Origin: Clostridiales bacterium
Lineage (GTDB): Bacteria; Bacillota; Clostridia; Christensenellales; Borkfalkiaceae
Length of the DNA stretch: 64,000 nt
Assembly: GCA_015069615.1 (NCBI GenBank)
Contig: SVIF01000004.1
Location: 6,270-70,269 of the forward strand
Reading direction: 5' to 3'
Notes under the pieces: model-generated
Told to the model about the DNA's origin: nothing
Seen by the model: only the letters and a program-made list of their open reading frames with translations
Databases searched by the model: none
Position numbers and translations under genes: made by a program
Shown here: in pieces, positions 8,028-15,886 of the stretch
Layout: every line of letters starts with the position of its first letter
Position numbering within the stretch: position 1 is the stretch's first letter

Positions 8028-9716
8028 TTATTCCGCGCTTAACGTTACCATTTCTTGAATACTGGTAACGCCCTTTAACACTAGTTCTTTACACGAATCC
8101 ACCAAAGTTACCATGCCGTCTTCCACAGCAAGTTTTCTAAGAACTTCCAAGTTCTTTTCGTGTGCCACGATACCCTTCATTTTATCGTTAATATGCATAA
8201 TTTCGTGCACGGCAATACGATCTTTATACCCCGTATTGTTGCAGTATTGACAACCTTGCGGGCGGAAAATACTTACGGGTTCTTCAATGCCCAAAATTTG
8301 CATTTCACGCGCGTTGGTTTTACCGCGCTTTTTGCACGCGGGGCAAAGACGTTTTACCAAACGTTGTGCAATTACGCCCGCTAAGGCATCCGCCACCAAG
8401 TAATCGGGAACGCCCATATCTTCCAAACGAATGACAGCCCCGGGCGCGTCGTTCGTGTGCAAGGTACTAAATACCAAGTGCCCCGTAATTGCCGAACGAA
8501 CGGCAATTTCCGCCGTTTCCTCATCACGAATTTCCCCAATCATGATTACGTCGGGGTCTTGACGAAGAATAGAACGGAGCGCGGCGGCAAAGGTCATATG
8601 CGCCTTAGCGTTTACTTGGGTTTGGTTGATGCCCGCCATGGTGTATTCCACGGGATCTTCTACCGTTACGATATTGATGGTTGGATCGTTAATTTCCTTT
8701 AAGAAGGAATATAAGGTGGTACTTTTACCGCAACCCGTGGGCCCCGTAAGAAGGATGATGCCATGCGGGCGGGCAAGCATTTTATCAATTACGGTGTTTT
8801 CGTACTCCGTAAAGCCCAGTTCTTGGCGGGTAAAGTGGAAGGACGACTTATCCAAAATACGAATAACGAATTTTTCCCCGTGTACGGTGGGAAGCGAAGA
8901 CACACGGAAGTCGTATTCCCTACCCCCGATAGTCATATTGATACGGCCGTCCTGCGGGATACGACGTTCGGCAATATTCATGCCCGACATAATCTTCATA
9001 CGGGCGCAAATTTCGGGATAAGATTCAATGGGGAAATCCGCGCGTTCTTGCAAATCCCCGTCAATACGGTAGCGAACGCGAACCTTCTTTTCAAAGGGTT
9101 CAATGTGAATATCGCTGGCACGGTAAGGAATTGCTTCCTTAATTACAGAGTCTACCAAACGAACGGCAGGATTGTTGATTACGTCCTCCTGCTTAAAGAC
9201 ACCACCCGAAAGTTCGTCCTTTTCGGCAAACAGCTTTTCGTCCTTTTCGTTATTTAGGTCGCTAAGCGCCATAGAGGTTGAAATGGTTGCGGTTACCGAA
9301 TCAATATAGCGGTCAATTTGCCCCGGGGGTGCCAAAACCGTATCAATGGGCGTGCAAAACTGCGCTGTGATGGCAGACATGGCGTTCATATCCAAAGGCC
9401 GCCCTACCGCAACCAAAAGTACGCCGTTTTTATCAATGGAAACGGGGATAAATTTATGCCGTTTCATAAATTCAAAGGAGAATTTATTAAGTAGGGCTTT
9501 ATCCACGTCCAACATGTCAATTTCCGCGCACGGAATGCAATAGTATTCCGAAAGTGCTTCCAATTCGGCAACTTCGGTAACGTATTCTTTGGTTAATAAG
9601 TATTCCCTTACGGGGGTATGCAAGCGTTTGCATTCTGCCAAAATGGCTTCCGCCTGCTTCTTTTTAATTAGTTTTTTATAAACGTAAAATTGTAAAAGTT
9701 CGTAATCTATATTCAT
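8028..9716 (-). CDS. pilB: Type IV pilus assembly ATPase (GspE/PilB family)
   Basis: 562 aa with an N-terminal GSPII_E_N-like region, Walker A GPTGCGKSTT, Asp and His boxes, and a tetracysteine motif CPAC...CQYC. Confidence 0.9.
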   Translation of the reverse strand: MNIDYELLQFYVYKKLIKKKQAEAILAECKRLHTPVREYLLTKEYVTEVAELEALSEYYCIPCAEIDMLDVDKALLNKFSFEFMKRHKFIPVSIDKNGVLLVAVGRPLDMNAMSAITAQFCTPIDTVLAPPGQIDRYIDSVTATISTSMALSDLNNEKDEKLFAEKDELSGGVFKQEDVINNPAVRLVDSVIKEAIPYRASDIHIEPFEKKVRVRYRIDGDLQERADFPIESYPEICARMKIMSGMNIAERRIPQDGRINMTIGGREYDFRVSSLPTVHGEKFVIRILDKSSFHFTRQELGFTEYENTVIDKMLARPHGIILLTGPTGCGKSTTLYSFLKEINDPTINIVTVEDPVEYTMAGINQTQVNAKAHMTFAAALRSILRQDPDVIMIGEIRDEETAEIAVRSAITGHLVFSTLHTNDAPGAVIRLEDMGVPDYLVADALAGVIAQRLVKRLCPACKKRGKTNAREMQILGIEEPVSIFRPQGCQYCNNTGYKDRIAVHEIMHINDKMKGIVAHEKNLEVLRKLAVEDGMVTLVDSCKELVLKGVTSIQEMVTLSAE

Positions 9717-9738
9717 CTTTTCACGCTCCCTAATTTCC

Positions 9739-10950
9739 TTAGCCTAAGCCACCCATAATAGCCAGCATGGGCGAATATACGGCAATAAACATTGTACCGA
9801 TTACCCCACCCATAATACACATCATAATGGGTTGAATTTTTGCGGTTAACGAGGTTAGGGTGGTTTCTACTTGTTCGTCAAAGAACTTGCATGAACGCAT
9901 CAAAATATCGTCAAGCGCCGCCGTTTTTTCCCCTACCGCAACCATTTGGATTAAGATGGGGGGGAACAGTTTATACTTTTCAAACGCCATAGCAAGGGGC
10001 ATACCGTGGCGTACGTCCTCTGCCGCGGCGCGGAATTGCTTACGCATATAGCGGTTGCCAAGCACGACTTCAATGGTATCCATTGCGTCCGTAATATCCA
10101 TACCGCTGCTTAAAAGCAAGCCGAAACCACGCGCAAAGCGGGAAGATAATAGCGCCGTTTGTACTTTACCGATTAATGGAAGCTTTAACTTTAAAAAGTC
10201 GTAAAAATACTTCCCTTTTTCAAATCTGCCGATTAAGAAAAATATACCGAATAACGCAAAGGCGAGAAGTATCATAATTCGCCAGTTGGCAAGCATAAAG
10301 TCCGAAAAATCGTACACCACTTTGGTAATTCCCGTGGGAGTAATTTCCAAAGAGCTTAACGATTCACGGAAGGTGGGAATAACCACCGTAAGCATAAGGA
10401 TTACGATACCTATCGTCATAATAAGAAGGGTGATGGGATAAGCAAGCGCGCTTTTTACCTTACGCTTGATTGCCGAATCCGTTTCGTAGTAATCCGCAAG
10501 CGAATTAAACACGATTTCCAGTTTTCCGCTGGCTTCCCCAACGAAAATCATACTGCGGAAGAATTCGGGGAACACTTTTTTGTGCTTATTCAAGGCATCC
10601 GAAAGCATAATCCCCGCTTTTACGTCCTCGTCAATAATGGCAAGCAGTTTTTTGAAGTATCCCGAATACGCTTGGTTTTTTAGGATATCCAAGCACCCCA
10701 AAATGGGAATTCCGGAGTTAATCATAATGGAAAACTGACGGCAAAAGGTGGTAAGTTCCGAACGTTTTACCTTGCCCGTGCCAAGGGTGAAGAAGGAATT
10801 CGGCGTTTCCCCCGTGTAGGGAACGCAATTCACCAAAAACAAGTCCTGCTTAGCAAGTTGTTCGGCTAAATCCTTTTCGTCCTTAGCGATAAACGTACCC
10901 GTAAACTTTTCTTTGGCTAAGTTTACGGCAGTATATTTATACTGTTGCAT
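9739..10950 (-). CDS. pilC: Type IV pilus platform protein (GspF/PilC family)
   Basis: 403 aa. It shows the duplicated GspF domain architecture with three TM segments. Confidence 0.9.
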   Translation of the reverse strand: MQQYKYTAVNLAKEKFTGTFIAKDEKDLAEQLAKQDLFLVNCVPYTGETPNSFFTLGTGKVKRSELTTFCRQFSIMINSGIPILGCLDILKNQAYSGYFKKLLAIIDEDVKAGIMLSDALNKHKKVFPEFFRSMIFVGEASGKLEIVFNSLADYYETDSAIKRKVKSALAYPITLLIMTIGIVILMLTVVIPTFRESLSSLEITPTGITKVVYDFSDFMLANWRIMILLAFALFGIFFLIGRFEKGKYFYDFLKLKLPLIGKVQTALLSSRFARGFGLLLSSGMDITDAMDTIEVVLGNRYMRKQFRAAAEDVRHGMPLAMAFEKYKLFPPILIQMVAVGEKTAALDDILMRSCKFFDEQVETTLTSLTAKIQPIMMCIMGGVIGTMFIAVYSPMLAIMGGLG

Positions 10951-10991
10951 ATAACGCTCCTTTCCCTAACGATTAGGGCGCGTAAAATTTG

Positions 10992-11777
10992 TTAAAAAGT
11001 TAGTAACCCCACGTACCAAGCGATTACTTGGGCGCCCACCGCCAACGAAAGCACGAAGCCCGCGGAAAGGAAGGGCGCGAAGGGGTATTCTTTATCTTGC
11101 TCCTGCTTTTTTGCAAGGCGAACGGCAAGAAGTACCACACTTGCCACAAGCGCTGCCACAAGTAGCATGAACAAGAATTTTTGCCAGCCCAAAAACAAAC
11201 CCGCCGCGGCGGAAAACTTTACGTCCCCACCGCCAAGCGCTTCCTTTTTATAAATGAGCATGGCAAGATAATACACAAGCAAGAACATGCCTGCCGCTAC
11301 CGCCCCGCCAACGAGATGCGACCACCAAACGGTGGCGGGATCAAAGAACATAGCAACAAGCCCCAACCCCGCCAAAATTAACGAGTAGCGATCGGGAATC
11401 ATCATATATTCTAAATCCGTGCAGAACACGCAAAGGGCAACGGAAGAAGCAAGCGCGGCAAGCACCGCGTAAACGGGTTCGGTTTTCCAAAACAGAAGTA
11501 CCGCGCCCACCCACAAAATCCCGTTTGCAAGTTCCACCAGCATATAACGGGGGGATATTTTTTGTTTACAATGTCGGCACTTACCCCCAAGGATCAAAAA
11601 GGAGAGTACGGGGATATTATCGTACCAGCGAATGGGATTTTTGCAATTAGGACAATGTGATGCGGGCTTGGATAGCGAAATGCCGTTAGGGATACGATAC
11701 ACACATACGTTTAAGAAACTACCCACGCAAAGCCCCAAAACCGCCGCCAAAATGATTGCCGTGATATAATAAATCAT
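10992..11777 (-). CDS. pilD: Prepilin peptidase (A24 family)
   Basis: 261 aa, polytopic. It has an N-terminal CPNC...CRHC zinc-like motif and a GGGDVKF aspartyl-protease motif. Confidence 0.9.
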   Translation of the reverse strand: MIYYITAIILAAVLGLCVGSFLNVCVYRIPNGISLSKPASHCPNCKNPIRWYDNIPVLSFLILGGKCRHCKQKISPRYMLVELANGILWVGAVLLFWKTEPVYAVLAALASSVALCVFCTDLEYMMIPDRYSLILAGLGLVAMFFDPATVWWSHLVGGAVAAGMFLLVYYLAMLIYKKEALGGGDVKFSAAAGLFLGWQKFLFMLLVAALVASVVLLAVRLAKKQEQDKEYPFAPFLSAGFVLSLAVGAQVIAWYVGLLTF

Positions 11778-11779
11778 AC

Positions 11780-13087
11780 TTAGAAATTGTTGTTTTTGTT
11801 ATATTGCCCCGCGTATAAACCGCCGAACAGGTCTAAATCCGCAAGCACGGATTCTTGCCCTTCTTTTACGTCCACCGTATGGAAGGGGATGCCGTTTTCT
11901 TCTTTTTCCGCGTTAACCATATCAATTAAATAGTGGTATTCCTTGGGAAGGTTTACGTACACCGTTTCGGGCGCGCCCTGGGCGGTAATCCGTTCGTTAC
12001 GTTGAATTAAATTCAGCGCCCATTTTACGATATAACGGAAGTTTTCGTAGACGAAACCTTCGGGCGATTCGGGAACGGGTCGTTGCATAAATTTGGGAAG
12101 GCGACGGGGTTTCCGCTGCCCTACTTTTACTTTGGGCGCGTTTTGTTCGGCAAGGCGTTCTGCTTCTTGTAAAGCCGCTTCCTGCGCTTCCCCTTCGTAG
12201 TACTCTTCTTCCACAGGGGCGGTAATGGTGGGCGTGCGCAATTCATCCGCAATGCTTTCCTTTTCCGTTTCTTCGGGAAGGCGCGTGTTTTCTAGCTGTT
12301 CCTTAGTCAGTTTTCCGTCCTCCCCTAACTCCCCGCGTTCGTTTAGAAGAATGGTAAGTTGTTTTGCGCGCGCCTTTTCCTTGGCGTTCAGCACTGCAAG
12401 GTGGGCTACGTCGTGCCCAATTAAACGGTCTTCAGGAAGTACTTTCGTGCTATCTAAAATTTCGTAGCCCACTGGAATAGCATACGAACCTGCCGTTCTG
12501 CCTTTTACCGATAGGGCAAAGTTGGTTTCCCCTTCCTTCACGTCCACAAGCAAGAAATTCGCGTTTTTTACGCGCGGATGTAAGGCAAGCATGCCGTTTA
12601 CGATGGCGGAAGAACGATAGGTTACTTCTTCTGCGGGCAGTTTTGCCGCCGCGCACGCCGCTTTAACCGAAGCAAGCAAGTCCTTTTTTACGTAAGTTAC
12701 CGCGTAGGAAGCGTACTGACGGTTTTGCACCACGGGGATGGTGTTAATCATCAGTTCATCGCGATTTTTATACGCGCTAGAAAGCGCAACCGAAAGGGAG
12801 TTTTGCATCAGTTTTTTACGGATGGAAGGCACGCTTATCATATCCGTACCCACCGTATGCGCGGGTAAAAGTACTGCAGTTTTACCGCCCATTGCTTGGG
12901 GGTGATCTTTGGCGTATTCGGTTAAAGCCAAAGTTAGTTGGTTAAAATAGGTTTCGTCAAACCAAGTTTCACTTGCAACGGATTTTTCTTCAATTTCATA
13001 TTCCCCGGCGGTGTTTTTGCCGTAAAAGCGAACTTTGCCTTTTCTGGGAATCAGCACGATTACCGTGGTCATTTCATTTTTTGCCAT
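11780..13087 (-). CDS. Hypothetical pilus-assembly protein, possibly a divergent PilM (actin-like) with a long acidic insert
   Basis: 435 aa. The segment NFLLVDVKEGETNFALSVKGRTAGSYAIPVGYEIL resembles the PilM phosphate-2 region. An E/K/P-rich insert spans about aa 250-330. The gene sits between the pilins and pilD. Confidence 0.35.
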   Translation of the reverse strand: MAKNEMTTVIVLIPRKGKVRFYGKNTAGEYEIEEKSVASETWFDETYFNQLTLALTEYAKDHPQAMGGKTAVLLPAHTVGTDMISVPSIRKKLMQNSLSVALSSAYKNRDELMINTIPVVQNRQYASYAVTYVKKDLLASVKAACAAAKLPAEEVTYRSSAIVNGMLALHPRVKNANFLLVDVKEGETNFALSVKGRTAGSYAIPVGYEILDSTKVLPEDRLIGHDVAHLAVLNAKEKARAKQLTILLNERGELGEDGKLTKEQLENTRLPEETEKESIADELRTPTITAPVEEEYYEGEAQEAALQEAERLAEQNAPKVKVGQRKPRRLPKFMQRPVPESPEGFVYENFRYIVKWALNLIQRNERITAQGAPETVYVNLPKEYHYLIDMVNAEKEENGIPFHTVDVKEGQESVLADLDLFGGLYAGQYNKNNNF

Positions 13088-13107
13088 ATGCCGAATTTCT
13101 CCTTAAC

Positions 13108-13584
13108 CTAAGGGTTAATATCCCACCGCACTATGCGGAAAGTGGGGATTGTTGTTGCTGTTTTATCAATTTGCACTGCTAAATGCGTTTGCCCTTTTTC
13201 GCCGTAAAAAGTGATGGAGTAACTGAAATGTGAATTATTCCCCTCAGCCCCCTGCGTAGCGTAAGTGGTCCCTTTGGGGAAGATTTCGTTAAAAAATACG
13301 TGCATATTGCGAAATTCTTCTTCCGAAAATAGGTCTTCACTACGAATAGCAAGTTCAAACGCTTCTGCCATATACGTTAGGGCAACACGCCTACTTGTGT
13401 ATCCTTCTTCATATTTTCTACTAAGGGAATCCCCCATCGCTGATGAAACGATTAAAATGGAAAGCGCCGTTACGATAAGCAAAGTTACAATGGCTAGTTC
13501 CATTCCGGCACCGCGTTTACCTAAACGGTTGCGGTTTTTACTTCCCTCTTTGCTACTGGGGAAACGAATAAAAGAACGTATCAT
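13108..13584 (-). CDS. Pilin-like protein with a non-canonical N-terminus (ComGG/PilX-like candidate)
   Basis: 158 aa with KRGAG|MELAIVTLLIV, a hydrophobic helix where Glu is at +2 rather than +5. ATGA overlap with the upstream minor pilin gene. Confidence 0.45.
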   Translation of the reverse strand: MIRSFIRFPSSKEGSKNRNRLGKRGAGMELAIVTLLIVTALSILIVSSAMGDSLSRKYEEGYTSRRVALTYMAEAFELAIRSEDLFSEEEFRNMHVFFNEIFPKGTTYATQGAEGNNSHFSYSITFYGEKGQTHLAVQIDKTATTIPTFRIVRWDINP

Positions 13585-14051
13585 GTTTGTTCCCCCTTCA
13601 TAAAACCATCATACGAACAAATCACGTGATTCGTTATATGGTTGTTCTCATCATACGTTAACACACCGCCCCGATACGCCGTTACCGAAAAGGAATCAAT
13701 TTCCCCGTACACTGCGATTGCCAAAATTACGTAAGTATCCTTTTGGTACGCATAGTTGAAACGTATCCCGGTGTGAGTTCTTGTATAATCCGCGTCTATT
13801 GCGTTAAAGGCTTGGGTAAGTTCTGTTTCGGTTTCCGCAAAACGGAAGGCTTCCACCAAGGCGCTGGCGCGAATCTGCGCTTCCCTATCCACAATCCCCT
13901 GTGCTGAAAGGTTGGAAGAAGAAACCAATAAGGACGTAGTTGCAATACTGATTGCCACAATGATAGCAAGCGCAACGGCTGTTTCCGCAAGTGAAAATCC
14001 GCGTTTACGGTTGTTGGCTTTTTGCTTTTCGCTTTTTAGTAAGCGCGCCAT
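13581..14051 (-). CDS. Minor type IV pilin / pseudopilin
   Basis: 156 aa with the class III signal NRKRG|FSLAETAVALAIIV (Gly-1, Glu+5). GGAGG RBS. Confidence 0.75.
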   Translation of the reverse strand: MARLLKSEKQKANNRKRGFSLAETAVALAIIVAISIATTSLLVSSSNLSAQGIVDREAQIRASALVEAFRFAETETELTQAFNAIDADYTRTHTGIRFNYAYQKDTYVILAIAVYGEIDSFSVTAYRGGVLTYDENNHITNHVICSYDGFMKGEQT

Positions 14052-14084
14052 GTTTTCTTCCTCCTTTTTGTTTTTTGGTGTTTT

Positions 14085-14133
14085 TTAGATTCTCCGCTAT
14101 GCCCGTCAATGCGGGTAGGCGAAGAATGACAAG
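14085..14133 (-). repeat. Intergenic hairpin repeat element, copy 1
   Basis: ttagattctccgctatgcccgtcaatgcgggtaggcgaagaatgacaag. In minus-strand RNA it forms a 9-bp outer stem AUUCUUCGC/GCGGAGAAU (one G.U) and a 4-bp inner stem CCCG/CGGG. Confidence 0.8.
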
Positions 14134-14153
14134 CCGTTTCGTCCTATCCTAAA

Positions 14154-14170
14154 GCGGGTAGGCGAAGAAT
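14154..14170 (-). repeat. Partial copy (right arm) of the hairpin repeat element
   Basis: gcgggtaggcgaagaat is identical to the right arm of copy 1. Confidence 0.6.
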
Positions 14171-14193
14171 AATAGGTTTTCCCTTTGGTTCGG

Positions 14194-14685
14194 TTAAGGC
14201 GTTTTGATTTGTTTTGGATAAAACGCGTACGTAACGGCTTGCGGTGTAGGATTCACTTTTACCTGCGGAGGCAAGTACGTTGCCTTGCAAAGTAGTAACG
14301 CTTTTCCGTTTGTGCCCGCTTTTAATTGAAAGGTTACGGATTGCAACTCCTTTACATTAAGCCGCGTTTCCCCTTGGGGGCTAACGGCAATTAAAGTTTG
14401 ATCACTAACGGTTAAAGTGTACGTTTCACCTGCGGATGTTACGGTTACCATGTTCGCATTTACCGCAATCGTACGATTGTTTTCTTCGCAATCAAACAGG
14501 AAATTAGAAACCGTACGTTCCACCCCCGAAAGTCGCTCTGTAATAGCCGCACGCTTACGGTTTAGGGCGTGATAATTATTTATTAAAATACAAAAGGAGG
14601 TAACCATAGTGCTTACGATGGCAAGCATTGCAAGAACAACCACAAGTTCCGCAAGCGTTACGCCCTTTTTGCCAAGCTTGTTCAT
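14194..14685 (-). CDS. Minor type IV pilin / pseudopilin
   Basis: 163 aa with the class III signal GKKG|VTLAELVVVLAMLAIV. Confidence 0.75.
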   Translation of the reverse strand: MNKLGKKGVTLAELVVVLAMLAIVSTMVTSFCILINNYHALNRKRAAITERLSGVERTVSNFLFDCEENNRTIAVNANMVTVTSAGETYTLTVSDQTLIAVSPQGETRLNVKELQSVTFQLKAGTNGKALLLCKATYLPPQVKVNPTPQAVTYAFYPKQIKTP

Positions 14686-14765
14686 ACGGCTAATTACCCC
14701 CTTTTCTATTTCGCGTTTTTGGGATTACGCGTTTCCCTTATTTCCTATCCCCGCTTGGGGAATTT

Positions 14766-14814
14766 TTAGATTCTCCGCTATGCCCGTTAAAGCAGGTAGG
14801 CGAAGAATGACAAG
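14766..14814 (-). repeat. Intergenic hairpin repeat element, copy 2
   Basis: ttagattctccgctatgcccgttaaagcaggtaggcgaagaatgacaag. The arms are identical to copy 1. The changes in the inner stem keep pairing only in minus-strand RNA (U.G). Confidence 0.8.
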
Positions 14815-15004
14815 TAGCGCGCAGTTTATAACGCACCGTGATTTTTATAAGGCGGTGTAGTTACAAGCAAGACGCGGCAAACGCGGATTTTGGAAAGGCG
14901 CATACTTAGCGTATGTAACTGCACCAAAAACGCAAGTTTAACAAAGTATTGCGTAGTAAATACGACGCCGCACGTATGCGCGTGCGCGCGCATAAAAAAA
15001 TTAG

Positions 15005-15037
15005 GGCACTTTGCGCCCAATACGGGTGCAAAGTGCC
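15005..15037 (-). terminator. Terminator immediately downstream of pilA
   Basis: 10-bp stem ggcactttgc / gcaaagtgcc, followed on the minus strand by AAUUUUUUU. Confidence 0.6.
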
Positions 15038-15063
15038 TCTCTTTAATTATTTAATAATTAAAA

Positions 15064-15501
15064 TTATGCAGCAGCGGGAACGATGATTGCAACGTTAGCC
15101 GCGATAGAAGCTTGCTTATAGGTGGGCGTAACTGCGGGTTCGCCAAGATTTAAGCCTGCCAACGTAGCACCACTCTTGGTGTAAACGGTTGCAGTTGCAG
15201 CAACAGCGGTCTTATTCGATTTTGCATTTGCAGTTTCGGTGAATACGCCGTCAATCAATTTGTATTCATAGTAATCATCCCCCTTGGAATATACGATAAC
15301 CATATCGTCCCATTGAGATTGATCTACAATAGCAAGCATTTCGGTAGACGAGTTTTTAGCAGCTTGATCTGCATTAGATTTGTTTGCTTTGTTGATGATG
15401 CTGGAGAACGTGGGAATCAGTACTGCGGAAAGAATTGCGATAACCGCGATTACGATTACAAGTTCAACGATCGTAAAGCCTTTTTTGTTTAACTTTTTCA
15501 T
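15064..15501 (-). CDS. pilA: Major type IV pilin
   Basis: 145 aa from MKKLNKKG|FTIVELVIVIAVIAILSAVLIP. AAGGAG RBS lies 10 nt upstream of ATG 15501. The gene has its own promoter and terminator. Confidence 0.85.
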   Translation of the reverse strand: MKKLNKKGFTIVELVIVIAVIAILSAVLIPTFSSIINKANKSNADQAAKNSSTEMLAIVDQSQWDDMVIVYSKGDDYYEYKLIDGVFTETANAKSNKTAVAATATVYTKSGATLAGLNLGEPAVTPTYKQASIAANVAIIVPAAA

Positions 15502-15609
15502 TTCTCTCTTCTCCTTAAAAATATATTCTTTCGAATTAGTCACGAGAGGTTGTGTTGGCTAATTCTCACCTTTCCATAAGACCAATGCCCTAATAGAAAT
15601 GGTAACATT

Positions 15610-15638
15610 ATGTTAACATACGAAAGGGGGGTTGTCAA
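15610..15638 (-). promoter_or_regulatory. Putative sigmaA promoter of pilA
   Basis: Minus strand TTGACA-17 nt-TAACAT with an upstream TG (extended -10-like). Confidence 0.4.
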
Positions 15639-15819
15639 GGGGGTTTTTGAAAATAGTTTGCAAAAAAAATGAAAAAATTGATAATTTTGCCCGCTTTTTG
15701 GGTTGAAAATACGGTTTTTATGCGAAAAATCAAGTACTTTTCCATATTTTTGATAACGCGCACGCGAAGAACGACAGGATTTTCTATCTCTTTTACCAAG
15801 TAGGAAGGGAAATAAAACA

Positions 15820-15845
15820 AGCCCCCCTTACAATCAAGGGGGGCT
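15820..15845 (-). terminator. Terminator downstream of the giant pilin gene
   Basis: Stem agcccccctt / aaggggggct, followed on the minus strand by UGUUUUAUUU. Confidence 0.6.
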
Positions 15846-15886
15846 AAGGTAATTTTTATACTTCCCAAAGGGGAAACGCTAATGCG

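Noticed and set aside
15635-15868. 77-aa minus-strand ORF between the giant pilin gene and pilA.
   Set aside because: It covers the giant-gene terminator and the pilA promoter. It is AT-rich and low-complexity, with no RBS.
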